DNA from: Burkholderiaceae bacterium
Lineage (GTDB): Bacteria > Pseudomonadota > Gammaproteobacteria > Burkholderiales > Burkholderiaceae_B
DNA length: 64,000 nt
Assembly: GCA_020851995.1 (NCBI GenBank)
Contig: JADZBO010000015.1
Span: 83,103-147,102, forward strand
Direction: 5' to 3'
The notes under the pieces: generated by a model
Database searches by the model: none
What the model saw: the letters and a program-made list of their open reading frames with translations, nothing else
What the model was told of the DNA's origin: nothing
Part shown: positions 38,636-49,071 of the stretch, one piece after another
How positions within the stretch are numbered: position 1 is the stretch's first letter
How the letters are laid out: each line of letters starts with the position of its first letter
Program-made: the position numbers and the translations under genes

Positions 38636-39961
38636 TTGCTGACGCTCGTTGCCTTCATCACCACACTCGGAATCCTGATCACGTTTCACGAGTTGGGTCA
38701 TTACGCCGTCGCGCGTTGGTGCGGCGTCAAAATCCTGCGGTTTTCGGTCGGCTTCGGCCGCGTGATTTTGCGTCGAACCGATCGTCATGGCACCGAGTGG
38801 GCGATTTCGGCTATTCCACTGGGCGGTTACGTCAAAATGCTGGAATCCAGCGAAGCGCATGCCGGGCCAGATCCGTCGGGACAACCTTTCGACACCCTGG
38901 TGGTGTGGCGCCGCATGGCTGTCGTCGTGGCGGGCCCGCTTGCCAATCTGCTGCTCGCCGTTCTGCTCTATGCCGCGCTCGGGCTGGTGGGTACCCAGGA
39001 GCCAGCGCCCATTCTTGGGGCGCCACCCGCCGGCACGGTTGCGGCGCAAGCCGGGCTGATGGCAGGTGATCGGGTAGTCGCTGTCGACCAGTCACCGATT
39101 CAGTCCTGGCCGCAGTTCCGCTGGGAAATGCTGCAGCAAATGTCCGACGATACCCAGGTCGAACTGACGGTCGAGCAGGGAGGGCGCACACTGACTCGTG
39201 TGATTGATATCGCCTTCACGGCAGACCCCTCGCGCGAAGATCCAATGCGGCGCCTGGGATTGCGGTTGCAGGGTCCGAGACCCACCGTGAAATCCGTTGT
39301 CTCCGGAGGGGCGGGCGCACAAGCGGGAATCGTCACCGGCGACGTGGTGACTGCGGTCGGCGGGTCTCATGACCCGGATAACGTGCAATTTATCGAAATC
39401 GTCCAGAAGAACGCGGATAAGCCACTTGAACTTCAGCTTCAGCGTCAGGACAGGTCGATTCGGCTCACGGTGACGCCAGCCCCCTTTGCGCTGGAGTCCG
39501 GAGAAATTGTCGGGCGCATTGGTGTGCAATTGGGTGGTGATGTCCCCATGGTGCTGGTGAGTTACGGATTGGTCGAAAGCCTGTCGCGCGGCGTCTCGCG
39601 CACGGCCGAAACTGCCTGGTTTTCCCTCAAGATGATGGGTAAGATGCTGACCGGCGAGGTATCGTGGCGCAACGTCAGCGGCCCGGTCACGATTGCCGAC
39701 TACGCGGGTCAGACAGCCAGGATCGGGTGGGTGGCCTTTGTGTCGTTTCTGGCCCTCGTGAGCGTCAGCCTGGGCGTGCTGAACCTTCTGCCGATTCCCA
39801 TGCTGGACGGAGGGCATCTGCTGTACTATCTCATTGAAATTGTCCGGGGAAGTCCGCCACCTGCACGCTGGATCGATCTCGGTCAGCGCGCTGGTTTCGG
39901 TTTGCTGGCCTGCCTGATGGTATTGGCTCTGTTCAACGATCTGGTGCGGATTTTTGGTTAG
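38636..39961 (+). CDS. rseP: RIP metalloprotease RseP
   Basis: HELGH, two PDZ segments, NLLPIPMLDGG; TTG start. Confidence 0.96.
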   Translation: MLTLVAFITTLGILITFHELGHYAVARWCGVKILRFSVGFGRVILRRTDRHGTEWAISAIPLGGYVKMLESSEAHAGPDPSGQPFDTLVVWRRMAVVVAGPLANLLLAVLLYAALGLVGTQEPAPILGAPPAGTVAAQAGLMAGDRVVAVDQSPIQSWPQFRWEMLQQMSDDTQVELTVEQGGRTLTRVIDIAFTADPSREDPMRRLGLRLQGPRPTVKSVVSGGAGAQAGIVTGDVVTAVGGSHDPDNVQFIEIVQKNADKPLELQLQRQDRSIRLTVTPAPFALESGEIVGRIGVQLGGDVPMVLVSYGLVESLSRGVSRTAETAWFSLKMMGKMLTGEVSWRNVSGPVTIADYAGQTARIGWVAFVSFLALVSVSLGVLNLLPIPMLDGGHLLYYLIEIVRGSPPPARWIDLGQRAGFGLLACLMVLALFNDLVRIFG

Positions 39962-40048
39962 TCGCAATCTGACTTAAAATCGCGCTCAAATGAAAAAATA
40001 TCTGTGTATCAAGGATTGCCCAGGATGTCTGTAAGCTGGAACTTGCTC

Positions 40049-42361
40049 ATGAACCGTTGCCGTTGTGGCCTGCACAGCGTCCTGCGTGTCCTGGTACTGC
40101 CATTGCTGCTGTTGCCTTTGCTTGCACAGGCGTTCGATCCGTTCGTTGTATCGGATATCCGAGTCGACGGCATCCAGCGCACCGAAGCCGGTACAGTGTT
40201 CAACCAGTTGCCGGTCAAGGTCGGGCAGCGGTTCACCGAAGAGCTTGCCACGGAAGCGGTGCGTCGTCTTTACGCAACGGGCCTCTTCAGCGACGTGCGC
40301 ATCGACACAGCCAGAACCGTGGTAGTCGTTTCCGTTCAGGAGCGACCGACGATTGCCTCAATTACCTTTTCCGGTATGCGGGAATTCGAACCCAAGACGA
40401 TCACCGACAGTCTGCGCCAGGTGGGTTTCGGAGAAGGGCGTGTCTTTGATCAGTCGATGCTTGAACAAGCCGAATTCGAGCTTAAACAGCAGTACCTCGG
40501 CAAAGGAAAGTACGGTGTAGACATCACTTCGACCGTCACGCCGCTTCCACGCAATCGTGTAGGCATCAATTTCGATATCTTTGAAGGATCTGTCGCGCGT
40601 ATCAAGGAAATCCGCGTTCTTGGCAATTCCGCTTTTTCTGAATCACAGTTGCTCGGGTTGTTTTCCCTGTCCACCTCGGGTTATCTGACCTGGTACACGG
40701 ACAGTGACAAATATTCGCGCGAGAAACTCGAGCGCGATGTCGAAGCGATGCGGTCTTTCTACCTTGACCGCGGCTTCCTGGAATACCGCGCCGAGCCGCC
40801 CCAGGTCACGATCTCGCCGGACCGCAAGGAAATATTCATTACCATCACGATTAATGAGGGCCTGCCCTACACGGTTTCCAGCGTGAAGCTCGCGGGCAAT
40901 CTGCTTGGTCTGGATGCCGAAATTGCCCAATTCGTCAAGTTGCAGGCTGGTGAGGTCTTTTCCGGTGCAAAAACCAACGCCACGACCAAATCGATCACTG
41001 ATTACCTTGGCGGCCTGGGATACGCGTTTGCCAACGTCAATCCGAACCCGCAACTCAACCGCGAGAAGCAGACCGCCGATGTGACGTTCTTTGTTGACCC
41101 GAGTCGTCGGGTGTACGTGCGCCGCATTCAGATCTCGGGTAACCACCGAACGCGCGACGAAGTGGTGCGCCGCGAGGTTCGCCAGCAGGAAGCCGCCTGG
41201 TACGACTCCGGCAAGATCAAGATCTCGAAAGACCGCCTTGATCGCCTGGGCTATTTCACGGACACCAAAGTCAGCAGTGAACCCGTGCCCAACTCGCCCG
41301 ACCAGGTCGACATCAACTTCGACATGAAGGAAAAGCCTACCGGCATGATCAACCTCGGCGTGGGTTACGGTCAGGTTGACGGGATTATTCTTTCTGCCGG
41401 CCTGACAGAGGACAACGTGTTCGGCAGCGGCACGAACCTGACGCTTCAGCTCAATACCAGCGTTTACAACCGGACTGCCGTCCTGGCTCATACCGACCCC
41501 TACTTCACCAACGATGGCGTGAGCCGCACGACCTCGGTCTACTACCGCACGGTCACGCCATACTCGAACAACTCCGGTAACTATCAGGTTCAGACCCTCG
41601 GTCTCGGGTTGAACTTCGGAGTGCCGATCTCGGAATTCGACCGCCTGTTCCTGGGTGCGAATTTTGAACGCAACACAATTTCCCTTTATGACAATTCTCC
41701 ACTGGCCTACCGCGAGTACGTGGCCGCCTACGGACAGACGACCAACACGGTCATTTTTAACACCGGCTGGTCCAAGGACACTCGTGACAGCGCGATTGCG
41801 CCGAACAGTGGTTCATTCAGCCGGTTGAAAGCGGACGTCGGAACTGCCAGTCTGCAGTACTACTTGCTCAGTGCACAGCAGCAGTTCTATTTGCCGATCT
41901 CCCGTGATTACACTCTGGCGCTGAACGGGCTGATCGATTACGGCAAGAGCTACGGTTCCAATCCATACCCGATCATCAAGGACGTGTACGCGGGCGGTAT
42001 TGGCACTGTTCGGGGGTACTCCACAAACAGCCTGGGGCCGGTGGATCCGTTGACCGGAACGTACCTTGGCGGATCCAAGCGCGTGGTTGGCAACGTCCAG
42101 TTTTACCTGCCTTTCCCCGGCACTCAGCAGGATCGTTCGTTGCGCTGGTATTTGTTCGCCGATGGCGGTCAGGTCTATGGGGCCGACGGGTACGGCAACG
42201 ACCAGGCAATCAACCTGAGCCAGTTACGTTACTCAGCAGGTATTGGCCTTTCCTGGACTTCGCCGATGGGTCCGCTGCAGTTGTCCTACGCTAAGCCGCT
42301 GAATGCTCAATCGACGGACAATACACAAGTTTTCCAGTTCCAGATCGGAACCGGGTTTTAA
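40049..42361 (+). CDS. bamA: Outer membrane protein assembly factor BamA
   Basis: POTRA domains (DIRVDGIQR), VRGY motif, C-terminal FQFQIGTGF; start could be 40025 or 40004. Confidence 0.96.
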   Translation: MNRCRCGLHSVLRVLVLPLLLLPLLAQAFDPFVVSDIRVDGIQRTEAGTVFNQLPVKVGQRFTEELATEAVRRLYATGLFSDVRIDTARTVVVVSVQERPTIASITFSGMREFEPKTITDSLRQVGFGEGRVFDQSMLEQAEFELKQQYLGKGKYGVDITSTVTPLPRNRVGINFDIFEGSVARIKEIRVLGNSAFSESQLLGLFSLSTSGYLTWYTDSDKYSREKLERDVEAMRSFYLDRGFLEYRAEPPQVTISPDRKEIFITITINEGLPYTVSSVKLAGNLLGLDAEIAQFVKLQAGEVFSGAKTNATTKSITDYLGGLGYAFANVNPNPQLNREKQTADVTFFVDPSRRVYVRRIQISGNHRTRDEVVRREVRQQEAAWYDSGKIKISKDRLDRLGYFTDTKVSSEPVPNSPDQVDINFDMKEKPTGMINLGVGYGQVDGIILSAGLTEDNVFGSGTNLTLQLNTSVYNRTAVLAHTDPYFTNDGVSRTTSVYYRTVTPYSNNSGNYQVQTLGLGLNFGVPISEFDRLFLGANFERNTISLYDNSPLAYREYVAAYGQTTNTVIFNTGWSKDTRDSAIAPNSGSFSRLKADVGTASLQYYLLSAQQQFYLPISRDYTLALNGLIDYGKSYGSNPYPIIKDVYAGGIGTVRGYSTNSLGPVDPLTGTYLGGSKRVVGNVQFYLPFPGTQQDRSLRWYLFADGGQVYGADGYGNDQAINLSQLRYSAGIGLSWTSPMGPLQLSYAKPLNAQSTDNTQVFQFQIGTGF

Positions 42362-42418
42362 CGACTATTTAATGGCACAATAGCAAGTTGTAATTTCGTT
42401 TACCGTGAGACCCGAATA

Positions 42419-42979
42419 ATGTCTGCAAATACAAATACGTCGCTCGACATCGCCACCAAATCCGTCGCCAAGATGCCCCGTCGCCTGGCTTGGCTTGCTG
42501 CCGCTGCCGTCGCCTGCTCGCTCGTGGCCGTTGCACCGGTTCAGGCGCAAGGCACCAAGATCGGTTTTGTGAATACAGAACGGATCCTGCGCGATTCCGC
42601 GCCCGCAAAGGCGGCTCAGACGAAGATCGAGTCCGAGTTCAAAAAGCGCGATGACGATCTGCAGCGCCTGGGCAACAATCTGCGTAATGCCGCCCAGAAA
42701 TTCGAAAAAGACGCGCCCGTCCTTTCCGAGTCGGATCGCAACAAGCGTCAACGCGAACTGGCCAACATGGATGCCGACCTTCAACGCAAACGCCGCGAGT
42801 TCCAGGAAGACTTCAACCGCCGCCGTAACGAAGAGTTCGCAACGATCGTCGAGAAGGCCAATGCCGCGATCAAGAATATCGCTGAGCAAGAAGCCTATGA
42901 CGTGATCATTCAGGACGCCGTGACGGTCAGCCCCCGCGTTGACATCACCGACAAAGTGATCTCGGCCCTCGGCCGGTAA
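42419..42979 (+). CDS. skp: Periplasmic chaperone Skp/OmpH
   Basis: KIGFVNTERIL, coiled-coil, DITDKVI; between bamA and lpxD. Confidence 0.95.
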   Translation: MSANTNTSLDIATKSVAKMPRRLAWLAAAAVACSLVAVAPVQAQGTKIGFVNTERILRDSAPAKAAQTKIESEFKKRDDDLQRLGNNLRNAAQKFEKDAPVLSESDRNKRQRELANMDADLQRKRREFQEDFNRRRNEEFATIVEKANAAIKNIAEQEAYDVIIQDAVTVSPRVDITDKVISALGR

Positions 42980-42992
42980 GCCGACAGTCGGT

Positions 42993-44087
42993 ATGCCCGT
43001 TCTGCTTGAACCCGACCGGGCTCCCGCGCTTTCCGAACTGCTCAAGGCCATCCCGGGTGGCCTCGTTCAACGGGTCGTGCAGGGATCCGGCGATTTTGTC
43101 GATCCCCCGATCGCTGGGCTTGGCGCGCTCACTAGTGCGGGTCCCAGCGAGATTTCGTTCATCGTCCACGCAAAGTATCTGCCACAGATGTCGCAGACGC
43201 GTGCATGCGCGGTGATCGTCCTGCCGGAAATTGACGAGCAGCTTGCCGCGAGCGACCCGGTGCCTGCCTACGCACGCGTCGTCTGCAAGCATCCCTATCT
43301 TTTGTATGCCCGCCTTGCCCAGTGGTTTGACTGGGCAAGGCAACCGGCGCGGCTGGCTGCGATACACCCGACCGCGATCGTCGATCCGACAGCGCAGGTC
43401 GCACCGAGCGCGAGCATTGGCGCCTACACCGTCGTGGGCGCACGGTCGCGCATTGGTGCGATGACGCAAATCGGCGCAGGTACGGTGATCGGTGCGGACG
43501 TCGAGATAGGCGTGTCGTCAAATATTCATGCGCGGGTCACGATATACGACAACGTGCGCATCGGGGCACGGGCGCTCATCCTGAGCGGTGCCGTGCTCGG
43601 CGCGGATGGCTTCGGATTTGCACCCGACCCCAGCATCGCCAAGGGCGCGTGGGGTCGTATTCCGCAATTCGGCGGCGTGTTGATCGGCAACGACGTCGAA
43701 ATTGGCGCCAACACGACCGTCGATCGCGGCGCGCTGGAAGACACCGTCCTCGAAGACGGCGTGAAACTCGATAACCAGATCATGATCGGACACAATTGCA
43801 GGATCGGCGCGCACACTGCGGCGGCGGCTTGCGTGGGCGTCGCAGGGTCAACGACGGTCGGCGCGCGCTGCACGCTGGGGGGCGCTGCCATGCTGTCCGG
43901 GCATCTGGTGATTGGCGATGACGTGCATATTTCCGGCGGCACCGCCGTGACCTACAACATTTCCACGCCTGGACGTTACACCGGCGTGTTCCCCTCAACG
44001 GAGCATGCGGAGTGGCAACGCAACGCCGCAGTTGTCTCTCAGCTCTCCACACTGCGTAAACGTTTGCGCGCCCTGGAGCGAGGCTGA
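42993..44087 (+). CDS. lpxD: UDP-3-O-acylglucosamine N-acyltransferase
   Basis: Hexapeptide repeats, GADGFGFA, EIGANTTVDRGA, KLDNQIMIGHN. Confidence 0.97.
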   Translation: MPVLLEPDRAPALSELLKAIPGGLVQRVVQGSGDFVDPPIAGLGALTSAGPSEISFIVHAKYLPQMSQTRACAVIVLPEIDEQLAASDPVPAYARVVCKHPYLLYARLAQWFDWARQPARLAAIHPTAIVDPTAQVAPSASIGAYTVVGARSRIGAMTQIGAGTVIGADVEIGVSSNIHARVTIYDNVRIGARALILSGAVLGADGFGFAPDPSIAKGAWGRIPQFGGVLIGNDVEIGANTTVDRGALEDTVLEDGVKLDNQIMIGHNCRIGAHTAAAACVGVAGSTTVGARCTLGGAAMLSGHLVIGDDVHISGGTAVTYNISTPGRYTGVFPSTEHAEWQRNAAVVSQLSTLRKRLRALERG

Positions 44088-44167
44088 CCCGTCGCATTTT
44101 AGGGTGGCCGCGATCCGGCCGACCCGTTGACGGCTAATTTTAGAAACGTAGTTCAGGAAACGACCTC

Positions 44168-44620
44168 ATGGAACTCGACATAAAAGCCATTCTCGATACC
44201 CTGCCGCACCGATACCCGATGCTGCTCGTGGATCGCGTGCTGGACATCGTTCCTGGCAAGACGATCACGGCGATCAAGAATGTTTCATTCAACGAACCAT
44301 TTTTTACGGGTCACTTTCCGCATCATCCGGTGATGCCCGGCGTGCTGATTCTCGAGGCCATGGCGCAGACTGCCGCGATCATGTCCTTTATCGGTGAAAC
44401 AGGCCTGAAGCAGGACGGCGAGGAGTTGCTCTATTACTTCGTCGGTGTTGACGAAGCGAGGTTCCGTCGGCCGGTCGTCCCCGGCGATCAGCTTCGCATG
44501 GAAGTCGTTGCCGAGCGGATCAGTCGCTCGATGTGCAAGTACCAGACCCACGCCTCGGTGGATGGACAGGAAGTTGCGCGCGCCAAACTGATGTGCGCGA
44601 TCCGGCCCATGGAAAAATAA
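44168..44620 (+). CDS. fabZ: 3-hydroxyacyl-ACP dehydratase
   Basis: [31 protein letters not shown]. Confidence 0.98.
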   Translation: MELDIKAILDTLPHRYPMLLVDRVLDIVPGKTITAIKNVSFNEPFFTGHFPHHPVMPGVLILEAMAQTAAIMSFIGETGLKQDGEELLYYFVGVDEARFRRPVVPGDQLRMEVVAERISRSMCKYQTHASVDGQEVARAKLMCAIRPMEK

Positions 44621-45415
44621 ATGTCATCGCTGATTCATCCCACCGCGCTTGTCGACCCGAGGGCACAGGTGCATCCCACCGTGGCGATCGGGCCGTACTC
44701 GATTGTCGGTCCGCACGTGCGGATTGGCGCGCACAGTGAAATCGGCTCTCATTGCGTCATCGACGGGCATACGACAATCGGTGAGTACAACCGCTTCTAC
44801 CGCTTTTGCTCGATCGGTGGGATGCCGCAGGATAAAAAGTACGCAGGCGAACCGACACTGCTCGAAATCGGTCACCACAACATGGTGCGTGAGTATGTCA
44901 CCATCAACACCGGTACGGTGCAGGATGTCGGTGTAACACGGGTTGGCAGCGATAACTGGATCATGGCGTATGTGCATATCGCGCACGACTGTCAGATTGG
45001 CAGCAACGTCATCCTCGCCAATGGCGCGCAACTTGGCGGTCACGTCCACATCGGCGATTGGGCGATCATCGGCGGTCTGGCGGGTGTGCATCAGTTCGGG
45101 CGCATCGGCGCACACAGCATGACGGGTGGGCACAGCGCACTGCATATGGATGTGCCACCCTACGTCATGGGCTCAGGAAGCCCTTGTGTCCCGGTTGGCG
45201 TGAACGTCGAGGGTCTGCGGCGCCGTGGTTTCTCACCCGAGGCCATTTCGGCGATCCGCGATGCGTACAAAATCATCTACCGGCGTGGCCTCAAACTCGA
45301 CGAAGCCCGCGCACAGATCCTGGAGCGTCAACAGCAGGAGCCCGCTGTCGCCCCGGCGCTTGAGCCACTCCTGGCGTTTCTCAATGCCAGCGAACGGGGC
45401 ATTATCAGGCCATGA
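44621..45415 (+). CDS. lpxA: UDP-N-acetylglucosamine acyltransferase
   Basis: [35 protein letters not shown]. Confidence 0.98.
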   Translation: MSSLIHPTALVDPRAQVHPTVAIGPYSIVGPHVRIGAHSEIGSHCVIDGHTTIGEYNRFYRFCSIGGMPQDKKYAGEPTLLEIGHHNMVREYVTINTGTVQDVGVTRVGSDNWIMAYVHIAHDCQIGSNVILANGAQLGGHVHIGDWAIIGGLAGVHQFGRIGAHSMTGGHSALHMDVPPYVMGSGSPCVPVGVNVEGLRRRGFSPEAISAIRDAYKIIYRRGLKLDEARAQILERQQQEPAVAPALEPLLAFLNASERGIIRP

Positions 45416-46596
45416 CCTGGCGGCTCGGACTCGTGGCCGGCGAGCCTTCGGGCGACCTGATCGGCTCGCGGGTGCTTGCGGGTCTGAAGTCTGCCGATCC
45501 CCGGGTTCAGGCAGAAGGTATTGGTGGCCCGCATTTGCAAGGCGCCGGACAGGAAATCTGGCACCCCATGCACGCGCTGTCCGTCTTCGGTTACGTTGAC
45601 GCTCTCAAGCGTCTGCCCACGCTCGTAACCACCTTTAATGACGTCAAACGACGCTGGCTGGACAAACCTCCCGCCGTCTTTCTCGGCGTGGATGCGCCTG
45701 ATTTCAACCTTCGTCTGGAAAGCCGGCTGAAGGCCGCAGGAATCCCGACCGTTCACTTCGTCGGCCCTTCAATCTGGGCCTGGCGCTACGAGCGCATCCA
45801 TGCCATCCGACAGGCCGTCTCACACATGCTGGTGCTATTCCCTTTCGAGGAAGCCATCTATCGCAAGGAAAACGTCGCGGTCACCTACGTGGGGCACCCG
45901 TTGGCAGACGCGATTCCTCTGGTGCCGGACATGTCAGCCGCGCGCGCCCGCCTGGGTCTGGACAATAATGCCCGCGTACTTGCCATCCTGCCGGGCAGTC
46001 GTGCCTCGGAAATCAGGCTCATGGCACCCCGTTTTTTGCAGGCCGCGCGTCGATTGCAGCAGTACGATCCCGGACTTCATTGCGTCGTGCCGATGGTCAA
46101 TGCCCAGCGAAAAGCTGAGTTTGACGACATTGCGCGCCTGAATCCTGTGGACAATCTGCATGTCACGATGGCCCACGCGGATAGCCCCGCAGGGCGCCCC
46201 GTTGCCTGGGATGCGCTCGAGGCCTGCGACCTGGCGCTGGTCACCAGCGGCACCGCAACGCTGGAAGCCGCGCTCTTCAAGCGCCCCATGGTGATTTCCT
46301 ATGTGATTTCTCCCCTGATGCGCCGGATCATGGCCTGGCGCTCGGGCCAGCAACGACCCTACCTGCCCTGGGTGGGTTTGCCCAACGTGCTGGCCAATGA
46401 TTTTGTGGTGCCGGAACTTCTTCAGGAGCAGGCCTCGCCCGAAGCTCTTGCCGATGCGTTGCGCGCATACCTTTCGGACGAAGCGCTCGTGGCACGGATA
46501 CAGTCCCGTTTCGAGGGGATCCATCGTACGCTGCGCTGCGATACGCCAGCACGCGCGGCCAGCGCGATCCTGAAGGTGGCGTATGGTCGCATCTAG
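45412..46596 (+). CDS. lpxB: Lipid-A-disaccharide synthase
   Basis: [37 protein letters not shown]. Confidence 0.97.
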   Translation: MTWRLGLVAGEPSGDLIGSRVLAGLKSADPRVQAEGIGGPHLQGAGQEIWHPMHALSVFGYVDALKRLPTLVTTFNDVKRRWLDKPPAVFLGVDAPDFNLRLESRLKAAGIPTVHFVGPSIWAWRYERIHAIRQAVSHMLVLFPFEEAIYRKENVAVTYVGHPLADAIPLVPDMSAARARLGLDNNARVLAILPGSRASEIRLMAPRFLQAARRLQQYDPGLHCVVPMVNAQRKAEFDDIARLNPVDNLHVTMAHADSPAGRPVAWDALEACDLALVTSGTATLEAALFKRPMVISYVISPLMRRIMAWRSGQQRPYLPWVGLPNVLANDFVVPELLQEQASPEALADALRAYLSDEALVARIQSRFEGIHRTLRCDTPARAASAILKVAYGRI

Positions 46597-46619
46597 TGTG
46601 ATTCAAGGGGTCAGCAAAC

Positions 46620-47282
46620 ATGCAACGCGCCGCTAGACGCGCGTCGAGCGGAGGTGCTGGCAGGCCTTCCACGACAGCACAGACCGATTTGTTTGACCTC
46701 CCGATTCCTTCTCTAGGGCGTGTGGCTGGTGTGGATGAGGCGGGCCGGGGTCCACTTGCAGGTGCCGTGTTCGCCGCTGCGGTCATTCTGGATCCGGCGC
46801 GTCCGATTGCCGGTCTGGCGGATTCGAAAGCACTGACCGCAGCGCGTCGTCAGTCCCTTGCCGCAGAGATCCGAGCCTGTGCGATGGCGTGGGCCGTGGC
46901 GAGTGCATCGGTCGAAGAAATCGACCAGCTCAATATTCTGCAGGCGACATTGCTGGCCATGAAGCGTGCCGTCGAGTCCTTGCCCGTTGCAGCGGAGATC
47001 GCGCTCGTAGACGGCAACCAGCGCCCCCGACTGGCGTGCACTGTTCAGACGGTCGTTCGCGGCGATGCGCTGGTGCCCGCGATATCGGCGGCTTCGATAC
47101 TCGCCAAGACTGCCCGCGATGCCGATCTGATGTTGATGCACGAACGTTTTCCGGGCTATGGTTTTGCGCAGCACAAAGGCTATGGCACCGCGTTGCACCT
47201 TGAACGCCTGCGTGCGCTCGGACCCTGCATTGAGCACCGTCGCACTTTTGCACCGGTGCGGGAACTCCTGGGACTTTCATGA
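46620..47282 (+). CDS. rnhB: Ribonuclease HII
   Basis: [32 protein letters not shown]; start uncertain. Confidence 0.96.
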   Translation: MQRAARRASSGGAGRPSTTAQTDLFDLPIPSLGRVAGVDEAGRGPLAGAVFAAAVILDPARPIAGLADSKALTAARRQSLAAEIRACAMAWAVASASVEEIDQLNILQATLLAMKRAVESLPVAAEIALVDGNQRPRLACTVQTVVRGDALVPAISAASILAKTARDADLMLMHERFPGYGFAQHKGYGTALHLERLRALGPCIEHRRTFAPVRELLGLS

Positions 47283-48061
47283 AACCGATTGCTTCGCGCG
47301 CCAACCCGCTGTTTCGCCAGTTGTTCAAGTTACAGGGTGGTGCAGGGCGCCGAGGCGAGCCCGCGATGCTCGACGGTGTGCATCTGTGTGAAGCCTGGCT
47401 TGACGCCGGTCGCATGCCATTGCACGCGATCTTTGATGAGCAGCGACTCGCGCATCCCGCACTCGAGGCCCTGATCCGGCGATTGCCATCGGAGCTTTGC
47501 GTATCGATGCCCCCGGGGTTGCTCGCGGGTCTTGCCTCCGTCGACACGGGTCAGGGCGTGATCTTCATCGTCAGGACGCCCGTGCCTGAGCTTGCGGCCC
47601 GCATCAGGGAGACCGTCGTATTACTCGATCGCATTCAGGATCCCGGCAATGTAGGCACCATTCTCCGAACCTGTGCCGCGGCCGGTGTGCGACGGATCAT
47701 TGCGGCGACGGGCACCGCGGCCCTCTGGTCACCGAAAGTGCTGCGTAGCGGGCAGGGTGCCCAATTCGCGCTTGAATTACATGAACACGCAGATTTGCTG
47801 GCAGTCGCCGACCGGTTGGACATTCCCCTCATCGCCACTGCGCTGAACGGCACGGTGGATCTGTTTTCTGCCGAACTACCGAAGCAGTGCGCCTGGGTCT
47901 TCGGACACGAGGGGCAGGGTGTTGATGCGGCGTTGCTCGCAAAATCCGCATTGCGGGTCCACATCGACCACGAACGCGCAGCAGTCGAATCGCTCAATGT
48001 CGCGGTGGCAGCCGGCATCTGCCTGTTTGAGCAACGTCGCCAGCGTAAACGCCACGCCTGA
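47279..48061 (+). CDS. TrmH/SpoU family RNA methyltransferase
   Basis: [30 protein letters not shown]. Confidence 0.93.
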   Translation: MKPIASRANPLFRQLFKLQGGAGRRGEPAMLDGVHLCEAWLDAGRMPLHAIFDEQRLAHPALEALIRRLPSELCVSMPPGLLAGLASVDTGQGVIFIVRTPVPELAARIRETVVLLDRIQDPGNVGTILRTCAAAGVRRIIAATGTAALWSPKVLRSGQGAQFALELHEHADLLAVADRLDIPLIATALNGTVDLFSAELPKQCAWVFGHEGQGVDAALLAKSALRVHIDHERAAVESLNVAVAAGICLFEQRRQRKRHA

Positions 48062-48081
48062 CGCTACCGCGATTTGCCGGA

Positions 48082-48918
48082 TCAGAAGGCAGTGTGCTTG
48101 CCCAAATCGACTTCCTGCAGAACTGTGGTGGAAATTTCCTCGATCGACTTGGTGGTCGTCGAAAGCGTGGGAATTCCCTCTCGGCGCATCAGTCGCTCCG
48201 CCTCGGCGACCTCATGGCGGCATTGCTGCAGCGACGCGTATTTGCTGTCCGGACGGCGTTCATTGCGGACTTCGGACAGGCGCTCAGGCTGAATCGTCAG
48301 TCCAAAGAGCTTCTTGCGATAGGGCAGAACCGTTGAGGGCAGGTTGCCCCGATCGAAATCCTCCGGGATGAGCGGAAAATTGGCCGCCTTGACGCCGTAC
48401 TGCATCGCCAGATAGAGACTGGTGGGCGTTTTGCCGCAGCGCGATACGCCGATCAGGATGACGTCAGCCTGTGCCAGGCCGGTAATGAACTGGCCATCGT
48501 CATGGGCGAGACTGAAGTTGATGGCGTCGATCCGGTTGCGGTACTGCAGCGAGTTGGTGGCCTTGTGGGATTTACCGATGGAGTGGCTTGATTTCATGCC
48601 GAGGATATGTTCCAGCGGTTTGACGAACGCGCCAAAAAGATCCAGGTAGAGTGCGTTGGCGGTCATGATACGGTCAAGGACTTCAGGGTTGACCAGCGTC
48701 GTGAAAACGATCGGCTTATACCCGCGGTCAGCAGCGCAACGGTTGATGCGCAGTACGACGTCGTCCGCCTTTGCGACGTTGTCGATAAAAGGAATGCGCA
48801 CCTGGTTGAAGGTGACCGATTCGAACTGGCTCAACACCGAGTGACTGAAGGTTTCCGCTGTGATGCCGGTGCCGTCGGAAACGATGAAAACGGTGCGTTC
48901 AAGCGCTTGAGTTGCCAT
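48082..48918 (-). CDS. ppsR: PEP synthase regulatory kinase/pyrophosphorylase
   Basis: VSDGTGITAE, HDDG, GVSRCGKTPTSLYLA; divergent from ppsA. Confidence 0.96.
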   Translation of the reverse strand: MATQALERTVFIVSDGTGITAETFSHSVLSQFESVTFNQVRIPFIDNVAKADDVVLRINRCAADRGYKPIVFTTLVNPEVLDRIMTANALYLDLFGAFVKPLEHILGMKSSHSIGKSHKATNSLQYRNRIDAINFSLAHDDGQFITGLAQADVILIGVSRCGKTPTSLYLAMQYGVKAANFPLIPEDFDRGNLPSTVLPYRKKLFGLTIQPERLSEVRNERRPDSKYASLQQCRHEVAEAERLMRREGIPTLSTTTKSIEEISTTVLQEVDLGKHTAF

Positions 48919-49071
48919 GAAATTTGTTCCAGCCGGTCATTGGTCGGGTAGTACAATGGTGTTGGCATCAATATACCCTGAGAGTCACCCAGGGACGCAA
49001 GGCCGGTTTGGTCAGTGTGCGGCACGCAAGTTGACCAAACTCGCTTTCCAACATTGTTAAAGGTGGCCGCT